Assembly: GCA_015657575.1 (NCBI GenBank)
Contig: JACDQN010000310.1
Span: 1-58,064 of the forward strand
Direction: 5' to 3'
Source: Sphingopyxis sp.
Lineage (GTDB): Bacteria > Pseudomonadota > Alphaproteobacteria > Sphingomonadales > Sphingomonadaceae
Length of the DNA: 58,064 nt
Shown one piece after another: positions 40,871-51,351 of the stretch. A program made the position numbers and the translations under genes. Position 1 is the stretch's first letter, and every line of letters starts with the position of its first letter. Below the pieces are notes generated by a model. The model searched no databases. It worked only from the letters and a program-made list of their open reading frames with translations, and was not told the DNA's origin.

Positions 40871-40900
40871 TGTTCCGGCAACCGCACCGGACTCGCCCGG

Positions 40901-40944
40901 CTGACAAAAAACTGTAATCTTCCCGTCAACTGATTGTCACCGAT
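40901..40944 (+). promoter_or_regulatory. Pho-box-like array upstream of the gsp operon
   Basis: Four consecutive 11-bp units: CTGACAAAAAA, CTGTAATCTTC, CCGTCAACTGA, TTGTCACCGAT. Confidence 0.75.
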
Positions 40945-40999
40945 CGCCCCTAGGCGATTCGCAGCACGCTTCTTTCAGTTGGGGGACAGGGACGATTTC

Positions 41000-41885
41000 A
41001 TGGCGACGCTGATGTCCGGATCGGCCGTTCGGTTGCCGCGCGCGCTGCCCGCCTGGCTGCGCAGCGTTCGCCTTTCGCCGCGCGAGCTGTGGCCCGCGCT
41101 GCTCGCCGGGCTGCTCGGTGCGCTCCTGATCTGGCAATGCGTCCGCCTGCTCTGGACGCTTATCACGCCCCTATCGCCGCTCGGCGCGTGGCAGCCGCAG
41201 ACGGCCGTGATCGCCTCGCCCGCCGAACGGCGCGCGCTGTTCACCAGCCTCGATCCCTTTTTCCGCAGCAACGCGCAGGGGCCCGCCAGCGCCACCGTCA
41301 CCGCGCTCGGGCTCACCCTGTTCGGTATCAACATCAACGAAGCGACCGGCAGCGGGTCGGCGATCATCGCGGGCGAGGACGGGGTGCAGACCAGCTATGC
41401 CGTCGGCGACGAGATCGCGCCGGGCGTGAAACTGGTCGGCGTCGCCTTCGACCATGTGCTGCTCGACCGCGGCGGCGCGCGCGAAAGCCTGTTCCTCGAC
41501 CAGAGCAGCGACGCCGCGGTCGCCGCCCCCGCGGCGCCGCTGCCCGCCCCGACCCCCGAAGTCGGGTCCGCGGCCGGAGCGCCGCTCAGCGGCAGCGGCG
41601 AAATGTCGCCGGCCGCGCTCAAGGCCGGCGTCGGCTTTGCGCCGCGCGCCGAAAACGGCCGTGTCACCGGCCTCGTCGTCCAACCGCAAGGTGACGGCGC
41701 GGTCTTCCGCGCCGCGGGGCTGCGTCCGGGCGACGTCATCCGCGGCATCAACGGCCGCCCGATCGCGTCGGCCGGCGACGCCGCCTCGCTCGCCGGCCAG
41801 TTCACGCCGGGCGCGCGCATCTCGCTCGAGGTCGAGCGCGGCGCCAGCGTCGTCCCCCGTCGCCATCTTCCTTTCCAAGCAATAG
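41000..41885 (+). CDS. gspC: Type II secretion protein GspC with PDZ domain (frameshift at C5, 41854-41858)
   Basis: Single TM, LTLFGI...SAII HR domain, AGLRPGDVIRGING PDZ; probable true end PVAIFLSKQ* at 41885. Confidence 0.82.
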
Positions 41886-41890
41886 GTCTT

Positions 41891-44104
41891 ATGCGTCTCA
41901 AACTTTCCCTGATGCTCGCCGCCGCGCTCGTTTCCGCCGTGCCGGGGCCCGCGCTCGCGCAATATACGCTGAACGTCCGCGACGCCGACATCCGCGCCTT
42001 CATCCAGGACGCGGCGCGGATCACCGGGCGCACCTTCGTCATCGACGGGCGCGTCAACGGCAAGGTGTCGGTGGTCACCGACCGTCCGCTGTCGCGCAGC
42101 GAATATTTCGAGATTTTCCTCGCGACCCTGCGCTCGAACGGCCTTGTCACGGTGCCGGGCCCGAACGGCAGCTATCGCGTCCAGCCGATCGACGGCGCGG
42201 CGGCGCAGCCGGGCCGGATCGGCAGCGGCGGTGCCGCGCAGAACCAGTTCGTCACCGAAATCATCCGCCTGCGCCATATCGACGCCGTCGCGGCGGTCGA
42301 GACGCTGCGCCCGCTCGTCAGCCCGCAGGGCTCGCTGACCGCGAACCGCAATGCGAACAGCCTCGTCGTTGCCGATTTCGCCGACAATATCCGCCGTATT
42401 CGCGCGCTCGCCGCGAGCATCGATCGCGACAGCTCGACCAGCCAGATCGTCACGCTGAAAAACGCCGGCGCGCGCGAGATCGCGGCGGCGCTCACCGCGC
42501 TTGTCCCGGCGGCGGGCGAGGGCGCGCGCGCGCCGCTCGCGATCGTTCCGGTCGACAGCAGCAATGCGATCGCGCTGCGCGGCGACCAGGCACTCGTCGC
42601 GCGCTTCGTGTCGATGGCGAACGACCTCGATGCAAAGGCGGCGGGCGGGACCGAACTGCGCGTCTATTGGCTCGAACATGCCAACGCCGAAACGCTGCTG
42701 CCGACGCTGCAGCAGCTTGTCGGCGGCGGCAGCGACCCGGCGCAGAAGGCGGGCCTGCCGCCGGCATCGGCCTCCTCCTCCTCGGCGAACGGGAGCACGC
42801 CCGCACCCGCCGCTGCGCCGGCGAGCACCGCACCGGCATCGGTCGGCGGATCGGGCGGCAGCATCGCGACGCGCGGCCCCGCGATCGTCACGCGCTACGA
42901 AGGCGCCAATGCGATCATCGTCGCCGCCAACAGCGAAGTGCAGCGGATGCTCGGCGAATTGATCCGCCAGCTCGACAGCCGCCGCCAGCAGGTTCTGGTC
43001 GAGGCGATCGTCGTCGAGATCGGCGACGATGCAGCCAAAAGGCTTGGTGTCCAATTCCTGCTCGGCGGCAAGAATATCCCGTTCGTCGCAACCAATTACA
43101 GCAATGCGCAGCCGAATATCTTCACGCTGGGGGGTGCCTATGCCGCCAACCGCCTGTCGCAGGAAACGACGACGGTCAACGGCAACACCACGGTCACGCA
43201 AACGAACAGTTCGCTCGGCAACAGCTTGCAGGAGGCGGCCGCGGCGTCGCTGCTCACGGCGACCGGCGGCTTCGCGGGCTTCGCGGGCGACATCGGCAAG
43301 AACACGATCTTCGGCGCGATCATCAACGCGGTGAAATCGGACACGACGTCGAACCTGCTCGCGACGCCGCATATCGTGACGCTCGACAATCAGGCCGCGA
43401 AATTCCTCGTCGGACAGGAAGTCCCGATCACGACGGGCGAGGCGCTCAGCGACAATTTCGACAATGCTTTCCGCACCGTCCAGCGCGAGGAGGTCGGCAT
43501 CAAGCTCGACGTCACGCCGCAGGTCAACGGCGCGGGCGAGGTCAAGCTGTTCCTGCGCCAGGAAGTGTCGAGCGTCGCCGGGCCGGTGTCGTCGCGCAAC
43601 AGCGACCTCATCCTCAACAAGCGTTCGTTCGAAACCGTGCTGACGGTCGACGACGGCGAGATTCTGGCGATCGGCGGCCTGCTCAACGACGACGAGCGCA
43701 AGACGATCGAGCGCATCCCGCTGCTCAGCGATATCCCGCTGATCGGCGAGCTGTTCAAGTCGCGCAGCCGGACGCGCGCCAAGACCAACCTGATGGTCTT
43801 CATCCGCCCGACGATCCTGCGCAACCGCGAGGACAATGCCGCGCTGACCGCGCGCCGCTATGGCTATATCCGCGACTTCCAGCTGCAGCGGAATCCCGAT
43901 CAGGAACCCGCGATCGACACGCTGGTGCGCGACTATCTGGGCGCCGTGCCGCCGGTTCCGTCCGCCGCGACCCCCGCCGACATCACCGTCGGCCCCGTCA
44001 ACCTGCCCGAACTGCGCGGCCCCGACGGCAGCGTGTCGACCACCGACGTGCCGCCCTCGGTTTCGCAGGCTCCCGCTCCTCCTCCGACCGGAGACTATCC
44101 GTGA
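41891..44104 (+). CDS. gspD: Type II secretion secretin GspD
   Basis: Signal peptide, LNVRDADIRAFI, QVLVEAIVVE, TPHIVTLDN, VGQEVP, IPLLSDIPLIGELF, NLMVFIRP. Confidence 0.95.
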   Translation: MRLKLSLMLAAALVSAVPGPALAQYTLNVRDADIRAFIQDAARITGRTFVIDGRVNGKVSVVTDRPLSRSEYFEIFLATLRSNGLVTVPGPNGSYRVQPIDGAAAQPGRIGSGGAAQNQFVTEIIRLRHIDAVAAVETLRPLVSPQGSLTANRNANSLVVADFADNIRRIRALAASIDRDSSTSQIVTLKNAGAREIAAALTALVPAAGEGARAPLAIVPVDSSNAIALRGDQALVARFVSMANDLDAKAAGGTELRVYWLEHANAETLLPTLQQLVGGGSDPAQKAGLPPASASSSSANGSTPAPAAAPASTAPASVGGSGGSIATRGPAIVTRYEGANAIIVAANSEVQRMLGELIRQLDSRRQQVLVEAIVVEIGDDAAKRLGVQFLLGGKNIPFVATNYSNAQPNIFTLGGAYAANRLSQETTTVNGNTTVTQTNSSLGNSLQEAAAASLLTATGGFAGFAGDIGKNTIFGAIINAVKSDTTSNLLATPHIVTLDNQAAKFLVGQEVPITTGEALSDNFDNAFRTVQREEVGIKLDVTPQVNGAGEVKLFLRQEVSSVAGPVSSRNSDLILNKRSFETVLTVDDGEILAIGGLLNDDERKTIERIPLLSDIPLIGELFKSRSRTRAKTNLMVFIRPTILRNREDNAALTARRYGYIRDFQLQRNPDQEPAIDTLVRDYLGAVPPVPSAATPADITVGPVNLPELRGPDGSVSTTDVPPSVSQAPAPPPTGDYP

Positions 44105-45594
44105 CCGACATCGAACCGGCGGCGCCTCCCCCGGCGCCGGTTGATATCCCGTACGGCTTTGCGCGGTCGCACGGTGTCGTGATCGCTCCCGATGGCGAGG
44201 GCCGCTGGCTCGCGACCTTGCGCGAGGGCAGCGATCCGGCGGTGCTGATCGAGGTGAAACGCTATCTCGCGCAGCCGCTGCGCGTCGTAACCGCGAATGC
44301 GGCCGACTTCGACCGGCTGCTCTCCGACCATTATGCCGTCGATGCCTCGGCCGCCGCGATGGCGGGCTCGCTCGACGGGGGCGACATGGATTTCAGCCTG
44401 CCGAGCGCCGAGGACCTGCTCGACAGCGCCAACGACGCGCCCGCGATCCGCCTGATCAACGCGATCATTGCCGAAGCGGTGCGCCAGGGCGTCAGCGACA
44501 TCCATATCGAACCCTATGAGAGCGGCCTCGTCGTGCGCATGCGCACCGACGGGGTGCTGCGCGAGCATCTGCGCATGCCGCCGCACGTCGCCCCCGTCGT
44601 CGTCAGCCGCATCAAGGTGATGGCGCGCCTCGACATCGCCGAGCGCCGGGTGCCGCAGGACGGGCGCATCGGGCTGACGCTTGCTGGCAAGGCGATCGAC
44701 GTCCGCGTCTCGACGCTGCCGAGCCGCGCGGGCGAACGCGTCGTGATGCGCATCCTCGACAAGGATAGCGCGGGGATCGACTTCGATGTCCTCGGCCTGT
44801 CGGGCGCCGCCGACCAGATTTTGCGCGAGGCGCTCGCCGAACCGAACGGGATTATTCTCGTCACCGGTCCCACGGGCTCGGGCAAGACGACGACGCTCTA
44901 TGCGGCGCTCAAGCAATTGAACGACGGCCAGCGCAATATCCTGACCGTCGAGGATCCGGTCGAATATGCCGTCGACGGCGTCGGCCAGACGCAGGTGAAC
45001 AGCAAGGTCGGGCTCGACTTCGCCGCGGGGCTGCGCGCGATCCTGCGCCAGGACCCCGACGTCGTGATGGTCGGCGAAATCCGCGACCGCGAGACCGCCG
45101 ACATCGCGGTGCAAGCGTCGCTGACCGGCCACCTCGTGCTCTCGACCGTGCACACCAACGATGCGGTGGGCGCGATCACGCGCCTGAAAGACCTGAAGGT
45201 CGAACCCTTCCTGCTCGCCTCGACGCTGCGCGCGGTGATCGCACAGCGGCTGGTGCGCAAGCTCTGCGACCATTGCCGCGAACCGGTACAGGCGGACAAC
45301 AGCGTCGCCGCGATGCTGGGGCTCGACATCGGCACCGTCATCTGGCGGCCCAAGGGCTGCGACCAGTGCGGCGGGACCGGCTTCAAGGGCCGCGTCGGGG
45401 TGTTCGAGGCGATCAAGGTCGACGAGACGGTGCGCCGCTATATCTATGCTGGCGGCGACGAGGCGATGATCGCCAGGCACGCCTTCCTGAAGGCGCCGAC
45501 GCTGGCTTCGGCGGCGCGCACGATGGTCGCCAAGGGGTTGACCACGCCCGAGGAGGCGATCCGCATCGCGCGGCGCGAGGATGTCGATGCCTGA
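44101..45594 (+). CDS. gspE: Type II secretion ATPase GspE
   Basis: SDIHIEP, LDIAERRVPQDG, GPTGSGKTT, EDPVEY, LRQDPD, HTND, and two CxxC pairs. Confidence 0.96.
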   Translation: MTDIEPAAPPPAPVDIPYGFARSHGVVIAPDGEGRWLATLREGSDPAVLIEVKRYLAQPLRVVTANAADFDRLLSDHYAVDASAAAMAGSLDGGDMDFSLPSAEDLLDSANDAPAIRLINAIIAEAVRQGVSDIHIEPYESGLVVRMRTDGVLREHLRMPPHVAPVVVSRIKVMARLDIAERRVPQDGRIGLTLAGKAIDVRVSTLPSRAGERVVMRILDKDSAGIDFDVLGLSGAADQILREALAEPNGIILVTGPTGSGKTTTLYAALKQLNDGQRNILTVEDPVEYAVDGVGQTQVNSKVGLDFAAGLRAILRQDPDVVMVGEIRDRETADIAVQASLTGHLVLSTVHTNDAVGAITRLKDLKVEPFLLASTLRAVIAQRLVRKLCDHCREPVQADNSVAAMLGLDIGTVIWRPKGCDQCGGTGFKGRVGVFEAIKVDETVRRYIYAGGDEAMIARHAFLKAPTLASAARTMVAKGLTTPEEAIRIARREDVDA

Positions 45595-46801
45595 TTATCG
45601 CTATGTGGCGATCGATCCGCAGGGGCGCGAGCGTAAGGGGCGGCTGACCGCCGCGAACGACGACGCCGCGCGGGCGGATTTGATTCGCCGCAAATTCCAT
45701 ATCGTGACCGTGGAGGCGGCGGGCGCAAAGCGTGCAGGGCGCTCGCTCTTCGCCTTTCGCAAGGACAAATTGAGTCGCAAGGAGCTCGCGCTCTTCACGC
45801 GCCAGCTCGCGACGCTCGCCGAGGTTGCGCCGCTCGAGGAGGCGCTGCGCACATTGACCCGCCAGAGCGAGGCCGAAAGCGCGCGCGCCGTGATCGGCGA
45901 CGTCCATGCCGGCCTGCTCGAAGGCCGCCGCCTCGCCGACGCGATGGCGCGCCAGCCGGGCAGCTTTCCGCCGCTCTATCGCGCGATGGTCGCGGCGGGC
46001 GAGACGACGGGCAGCCTGACGGTGATCCTCGCGCGGCTCGCCGACCTGCTCGAACGCCAGGCCGAGGTGCGCGGCAAGCTGGTCGCGGCGCTCGCCTATC
46101 CGATCGTGCTCGCGATCGTCGCCATCGGCGTCGTCGCGGCGCTGATGATCTTCGTCGTTCCGCGCGTCGTCGAGCAGTTCACCGATGTCGGCCAGCAACT
46201 GCCCTTCCTGACCCGCGCGGTGATCGCGATCTCCAGCTTTGCCGCGAACTGGTGGTGGCTGATCGCCCTGCTGATCGCCGCGGGTATTTTCGGCTGGGTC
46301 AGCGCGATGCGCCGTCCGGCGTTCAAGGCGCGCGTCGATGCGCGCTTGTTGCGCCTGCCTTTGCTCGGGCGCCTGCTTCGCGACCTTTATGCCGCGCGGT
46401 TTGCGCGTACGCTGTCGACGATGGTGTCGAGCCGCCTGCCGCTGGTCGAGGGGTTGCGGCTGACCGTGCCGACGATCCGCAACGCCGCGCTCGCGGGCGC
46501 GACGGCGGGCATCGTCGACCAGGTGCGCGCCGGCGGCAGCCTGTCGGCCGCGCTCCGCGACGCCGGCGTCTTCCCGCCCTTGCTGGTCTATATGACCGCG
46601 AGCGGCGAAAGTGCGGGGCGGCTTGAGCAGATGCTCGAACGCGCCGCCGACTATCTCGAACGCGAATTCGACCGCTTCACGGCGGCCTCGATGGCCTTAC
46701 TCGAACCTGTCATAATTGTCGTTATGGGATCGTGCGTCGCGCTGATCATCCTCGCGATCCTGCTCCCCATTCTCCAGTTGCAAAACCTAGCCGGAATATA
46801 A
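45587..46801 (+). CDS. gspF: Type II secretion inner-membrane protein GspF
   Basis: FTRQLATL, MVAAGETTG, ALAYP, SGESAGRL, LLEP. Confidence 0.95.
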   Translation: MPDYRYVAIDPQGRERKGRLTAANDDAARADLIRRKFHIVTVEAAGAKRAGRSLFAFRKDKLSRKELALFTRQLATLAEVAPLEEALRTLTRQSEAESARAVIGDVHAGLLEGRRLADAMARQPGSFPPLYRAMVAAGETTGSLTVILARLADLLERQAEVRGKLVAALAYPIVLAIVAIGVVAALMIFVVPRVVEQFTDVGQQLPFLTRAVIAISSFAANWWWLIALLIAAGIFGWVSAMRRPAFKARVDARLLRLPLLGRLLRDLYAARFARTLSTMVSSRLPLVEGLRLTVPTIRNAALAGATAGIVDQVRAGGSLSAALRDAGVFPPLLVYMTASGESAGRLEQMLERAADYLEREFDRFTAASMALLEPVIIVVMGSCVALIILAILLPILQLQNLAGI

Positions 46802-47283
46802 TGATGTCGCTCATGCAGCTTTTCCTTCGCCTGATGCTCGATCCCGCGCGGCCGATCCGCAAGCGCGACGAACGCGGTTTCACCCTGACCGAGCTGATGG
46901 TCGTCATCTTCATCATCGGCCTGCTCGCCACGGTGGTGATGATCAACGTCCTGCCCAGCCAGGACCGCGCGATGGTGACCAAGGCAAAGGCCGATATCGC
47001 GACGCTGGAGACGGCGCTCGAGCAGTATCGCCTCGACAATCTGGCCTATCCGGCGGCGACCGACGGATTGAATGCGCTCGTCACCGCGCCGCCCGCGCTG
47101 GCGCAGCCCGAACGCTATCGCCGCGGCGGCTATATCAAGCGGCTGCCCGAGGATCCGTGGGGCCGCCCCTATAATTATCAGGCGCCGGGACCGAACGGAA
47201 AGGCGTTCGACGTCTGGTCGATGGGCGCCGACGGCGCCCCCGGCGGGACCGACGATAATGCCGATATCCGCAGCGACGGCTGA
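46801..47283 (+). CDS. gspG: Major pseudopilin GspG
   Basis: RG|FTLTELMVV, YRLDN, GLNALV, LPEDPWG, SMGADG. Confidence 0.95.
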   Translation: MMSLMQLFLRLMLDPARPIRKRDERGFTLTELMVVIFIIGLLATVVMINVLPSQDRAMVTKAKADIATLETALEQYRLDNLAYPAATDGLNALVTAPPALAQPERYRRGGYIKRLPEDPWGRPYNYQAPGPNGKAFDVWSMGADGAPGGTDDNADIRSDG

Positions 47284-47740
47284 CGCGGGCGCTCGCTCCC
47301 GGGCGAACGGCTTTACCCTTGTCGAACTGATGGTGGTGCTCGCGATCATGGCGCTCGCCGCGACCGCGGTGGTGCTGACGATTCCGGGCGAGGAGCGCAA
47401 TGTGCGCAGCGAGGCCGACCGGCTCGCCGCGCGCCTCGCCGCCGCGCGCGATATCGCGGTGATCGAGGGGCGCAGCGTCGCGGTCAATTTCGCGCCGTCG
47501 GGTTATGGCTTCGAACGGCGTATCGCGGGCGAGTGGCAGCCCTTGCCCGGCCGCGCCTTCGAACAGCGCAACTGGCCCGGCGACGTGCGCTTCGCCGCCG
47601 GGGGCGGGCAGGGCGCCGCGCGTATCCTGTTCGACCGCGTCGGCACCAGCCCGACGCCGCAGGCTATTGTCCTGTCGGGCGGCGATGCGCGCGAGACCGT
47701 CCGCGTCTCGGCGACGGGGGAGGTCAGCCGTGAACAATGA
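47258..47740 (+). CDS. gspH: Minor pseudopilin GspH
   Basis: NG|FTLVELMVV prepilin motif; position after gspG. Confidence 0.88.
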   Translation: MPISAATADAGARSRANGFTLVELMVVLAIMALAATAVVLTIPGEERNVRSEADRLAARLAAARDIAVIEGRSVAVNFAPSGYGFERRIAGEWQPLPGRAFEQRNWPGDVRFAAGGGQGAARILFDRVGTSPTPQAIVLSGGDARETVRVSATGEVSREQ

Positions 47741-48089
47741 GCGTGGCTTCACCCTGCTCGAAATGCTCGTCGCGCTCAGCATTATCAGCATCGCGGCGCT
47801 GACTCTCGTGCGTCTCGACGCCTATGCGGTCCGCACCGCGGGCGACCTCGACGAAAGCACCATGGCCGGCATAGTCGCGCAAAACCGCGCGGTAGAGCTC
47901 TGGACCGACCCGGTGCCCCCGACGATCGGAAACAACACCGTCGGCGTCGCCAACGCCGGCCGCAACTGGCAGATCGACCAGCGCGTCGCGAAGACCGCCG
48001 ACGACAGCTTGCTGCGCATCGACTTGCTCGTGCGCCCCGAAAGCGGGCGCGGGCAGGCGGCGCTGACGATCATCCGGCCGAGCCGCTGA
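47730..48089 (+). CDS. gspI: Minor pseudopilin GspI
   Basis: RG|FTLLEMLVAL, VAQN; GTG start. Confidence 0.9.
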   Translation: MNNERGFTLLEMLVALSIISIAALTLVRLDAYAVRTAGDLDESTMAGIVAQNRAVELWTDPVPPTIGNNTVGVANAGRNWQIDQRVAKTADDSLLRIDLLVRPESGRGQAALTIIRPSR

Positions 48090-48721
48090 TGCGCGTCCGT
48101 CCGCCCTTCCTCGGGGGCCAGGCGGGGTTCACCCTCGTCGAGATGCTTGTGGCGCTGTCGATCTTTGCCGCGATCGCCGCGATGGGCGTCACCCTGCTGC
48201 GCAGCAGTATCGATACGCAGGATGCGGTGCAGGGACGCTTGAAGACAATGGGGGGGCATCAATCGCCTTCGCGCGGTGATGGCGAACGATCTGGCGCAGG
48301 CGTTGCAGCGCCCGACGCGTGGTCCGGCGGGTGAGGGCATTCCGGCGTTCGTCGGTTCTTCGACGGGATTCGCTTTTGTCCACGGCGGCGCGGCGGCACT
48401 CGACGGCAGCCCGCGTCCTAATATCGAGCGCGTCGCCTATGCGCTGGTCGGCGGCGAATGGCGGCGCGCGGTCCAGCCGATGCTCGACGGCAGCGCGCTC
48501 GGCGACGGCGACCGGCTCGTCGGGGACGTTGCGAGTGTTGCCGTGCGTTATCGCGACGATGCGGGCAATTGGACCGAACGCTGGACCTCCGAACCCGGCG
48601 ACCGGCTCCCGCGCGCAGTCGAGATGCGGCTGATACGCGCGGGGCGCGAGCCGCTGACGATGCTGTTTCTGACCGCGCCCGCCCGGCCGGTGCCTCCCGT
48701 TGCGGAGTTCCGGCGCCATGA
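48089..48721 (+). CDS. gspJ: Minor pseudopilin GspJ (frameshift at G7, 48250-48256; probably another near 48700)
   Basis: AG|FTLVEMLVAL, then DLAQA...RVAY...LPRAVE in the next frame; end inferred from the ATGA overlap with gspK. Confidence 0.82.
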
Positions 48722-49725
48722 GGCGCGTTGCCAAAGGCGAGCGCGGCGCAGCGCTGCTCACCGTGCTGCTGCTCGTCGCGGTGATGGCGGTGATTGCGGC
48801 GACCGCGCTCGACCGGCTGACGCTTGCGACGCGCATCGCGGGGAGCGCCGCGACGGTCGATCAGGGGCGTGCCTATATCTTCGCGGCCGAAGAAATCGCG
48901 CTGCGCCGCGTCGCCAATCTGGTAGGCCGCGATCCCGTCAAGCTGACGCTCGCGGGGAACTGGCTCGGCCGTGAGTTCACCCTGCCGCTTCCCGGCGGCG
49001 AGGCGCGCGCGCGGCTGAGCGATGCGAATAATTGTTTCAACCTCAACAGCTTGGTCGCCGAAACCGCGCCGGGGCGGCTCAGTCAGCGATCGGGAGCGAT
49101 GGCGCAGTTCGGCGAACTGATGATCGTGCTCGGTATCGATCCCGGCGCCGCGAAATCGATCACGGGTGCGACCGCCGACTGGATCGACAGCGACAGCAAC
49201 GACGGCCCGCTGGGGGCCGAGGACGGTGTCTATCGCTCGATGGCGGCGTCCTATCTTGCGGCCAACCGCAAGATGGCGGACGTCAGCGAATTGCGCGCGG
49301 TGCGCGGTGTGACGCCCAAAATCTATGCGCAGCTCAAACCCTGGGTCTGCGTGCTGCCGGTGACCGATCCGGTGCGGCTGAACGTCAACACGCTGGCGCC
49401 CGAGCAGGCGCCGTTGATCGCGATGCTGATGCCGGGCGAAATGACGCTTGCCGATGCGCGGGCGGCGCTGGCGGCGCGGCCTGTGGGCGGCTATGGCAGC
49501 AGCGTGCGATTCTGGGAGGCGCGGGCGCTCGAACGCTTCGACCCGCCGACCGAGGTGGCCGAGCAGGCGGGAGTGAACAGCCGCTGGCTGTCGCTGACGA
49601 CGAATGTGACGATGGGGGACGGATTCTTGACGGCAGTTTCGCTCATCGACGCCAATGGCGGGGCACCGGCGGCAGGGCAGGCGCCACCGACGATCATCCG
49701 CCGCGATTGGGGCGACATAGACTGA
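48718..49725 (+). CDS. gspK: Minor pseudopilin GspK
   Basis: RG|AALLTVL, CFNLNSL, DWIDSD, SELRAVRG, LNVNT. Confidence 0.92.
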   Translation: MRRVAKGERGAALLTVLLLVAVMAVIAATALDRLTLATRIAGSAATVDQGRAYIFAAEEIALRRVANLVGRDPVKLTLAGNWLGREFTLPLPGGEARARLSDANNCFNLNSLVAETAPGRLSQRSGAMAQFGELMIVLGIDPGAAKSITGATADWIDSDSNDGPLGAEDGVYRSMAASYLAANRKMADVSELRAVRGVTPKIYAQLKPWVCVLPVTDPVRLNVNTLAPEQAPLIAMLMPGEMTLADARAALAARPVGGYGSSVRFWEARALERFDPPTEVAEQAGVNSRWLSLTTNVTMGDGFLTAVSLIDANGGAPAAGQAPPTIIRRDWGDID

Positions 49726-49726
49726 C

Positions 49727-50872
49727 ATGAGCCGCATTTTTGTTCTTTGGCTGCCCCCGGTGGCGGCGCTTGCCGATGGGGAGGTTGTTCGTCCGGCATG
49801 GCTGCGCGTCGACGACGGCGTGATCGTCGATTCGGGTCAGGATGACGGCTGGGTCGATGCATGGGAGCGTCCGTCGGAAGGCGATGCCGACGACCGGCTG
49901 ATCGCGCTCGCACCCGCCGCCGATGTGCCACTGCGCTGGCGGCATTATCCCGACGCGGCGCCGGCGCAGGCCGCTGCGGTTGCTCGCGTCGATACGCTGC
50001 GCGAAAGCCTGGGCGATGCCGCGGCGCTGCACATCGTCGCGGGCCAGCCGGCCGCGACGGGACAGGCGGTGCCGGTTGCGGTGACGACGCATGCCGCGAT
50101 GACGGCATGGACCGAATGGCTGAACGCCAACGGTCTGTCGCCCGCAGCGATCATTCCCGCCACCGCGCTGGTCCCACCGCCCGAGCCCGAAACGCTGTGG
50201 ACCGCCGAAGTGGGAAGCGAGCAGATCGTGCGCGCCGCCGACCGCGCCTGGCTGTCCGATCCCGAACTCGATCCGCTGATCGCGGCGGGGCAGACGATCG
50301 CGCCGCTCGATCCCGACCGGATGCGCGAGGCGTTGCTGCTCTCGTTGCGGACGCCGCCGCTCGATCTGCTCAGCGGCGGGTGGAAGCCCAAGCGCAGTTG
50401 GTCGGTCGATCCGTCAATGCTGCGGCTAGCGAAGCGTCTGTTTATTTCGCTCGTCATCGTGAGTCTCGCGGTACCGCTGGTTTACGCGGTGCGGCTGATG
50501 TCCGACACGCGCCGCGCCGACGAAGCGACTGTCGCGATGGCGAAAAAGGCGGGTGCGAGCGCGACCGATGCCGAGGCGGCCGAAGCCGATCTCGATCGCC
50601 GGCTTGCTGCGGCGGGCGGCGGTCCGCTCGCTTTCTCGGTCCCGGCGTCGGCGCTTTACGACGCGATGAACGACGCGCCCGGCGTGTCGCTGAAAAGCCT
50701 GTCGCACCGCACCGACGGAACGCTGACGACAGTGCTCGCGGCGCCGCGCGTCGATGACATCAACCAGGTGCTGCTCGCGCTGCAGGCGCGCGGCTATCGC
50801 ATCACCGCGCAGCCGAGCGCGGGCGCCGACGGCCAGCAGATGGCCAATATCACGATCCGGGCAGTGCCATGA
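49727..50872 (+). CDS. gspL: Type II secretion protein GspL
   Basis: Operon position; cytoplasmic domain, LDLLSGGW, single TM. Confidence 0.82.
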   Translation: MSRIFVLWLPPVAALADGEVVRPAWLRVDDGVIVDSGQDDGWVDAWERPSEGDADDRLIALAPAADVPLRWRHYPDAAPAQAAAVARVDTLRESLGDAAALHIVAGQPAATGQAVPVAVTTHAAMTAWTEWLNANGLSPAAIIPATALVPPPEPETLWTAEVGSEQIVRAADRAWLSDPELDPLIAAGQTIAPLDPDRMREALLLSLRTPPLDLLSGGWKPKRSWSVDPSMLRLAKRLFISLVIVSLAVPLVYAVRLMSDTRRADEATVAMAKKAGASATDAEAAEADLDRRLAAAGGGPLAFSVPASALYDAMNDAPGVSLKSLSHRTDGTLTTVLAAPRVDDINQVLLALQARGYRITAQPSAGADGQQMANITIRAVP

Positions 50873-51351
50873 TGGAAGCGGTACAGAATTGGTGGGCGGG
50901 CCTGTCGCCGCGCGAGCGTTGGCTGGTGGCTCTTGCCGGTGTGCTGGCGCTCGGGGTGCTGCTGTGGGCGCTCGGGCGTCCCGCCTATGCCGCCTTCGCC
51001 GATCTGGAAAACCGGCACGCCGCCGCGATCGAGCGCGAGGGGCGCGTCGCCGCCAAAGTGCAGTTGCTCGCGCAGCGCCCGGCAAAGTCGGTCGCCGCGG
51101 CGGTGGATGCCGTGGCGATCGACCAATATCTTGCGCAATCGGCGGGCGAGATCGGGTTGACGCTCGATCGCAACGAGGCGCGCGGGAGCGGGCAGGCGAC
51201 GATCGCTATTGCCACCGCCAAGGCGCCGGTGCTCACCGACTGGCTTGCCAGCCTCGAAGGGCAGGGTTTCGTCGTCGACCAACTGACGATCACGCCCGCC
51301 GCCGACGGCACGGTCGGCATGACCGCCGAACTGCGGAAGGGCGGCCAATGA
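50869..51351 (+). CDS. gspM: Type II secretion protein GspM
   Basis: WWAGLSPRERWLV plus TM, WLASLE. Confidence 0.9.
   Translation: MMEAVQNWWAGLSPRERWLVALAGVLALGVLLWALGRPAYAAFADLENRHAAAIEREGRVAAKVQLLAQRPAKSVAAAVDAVAIDQYLAQSAGEIGLTLDRNEARGSGQATIAIATAKAPVLTDWLASLEGQGFVVDQLTITPAADGTVGMTAELRKGGQ

Noticed and set aside
40934-44104. Apparent 1056-aa GspC-GspD fusion in the ORF track
   Set aside because: Explained by an extra C in the C5 run at 41854-41858. GspC has a plausible stop at 41885 in the neighbouring frame, and GspD has its own ATG and signal peptide at 41891.
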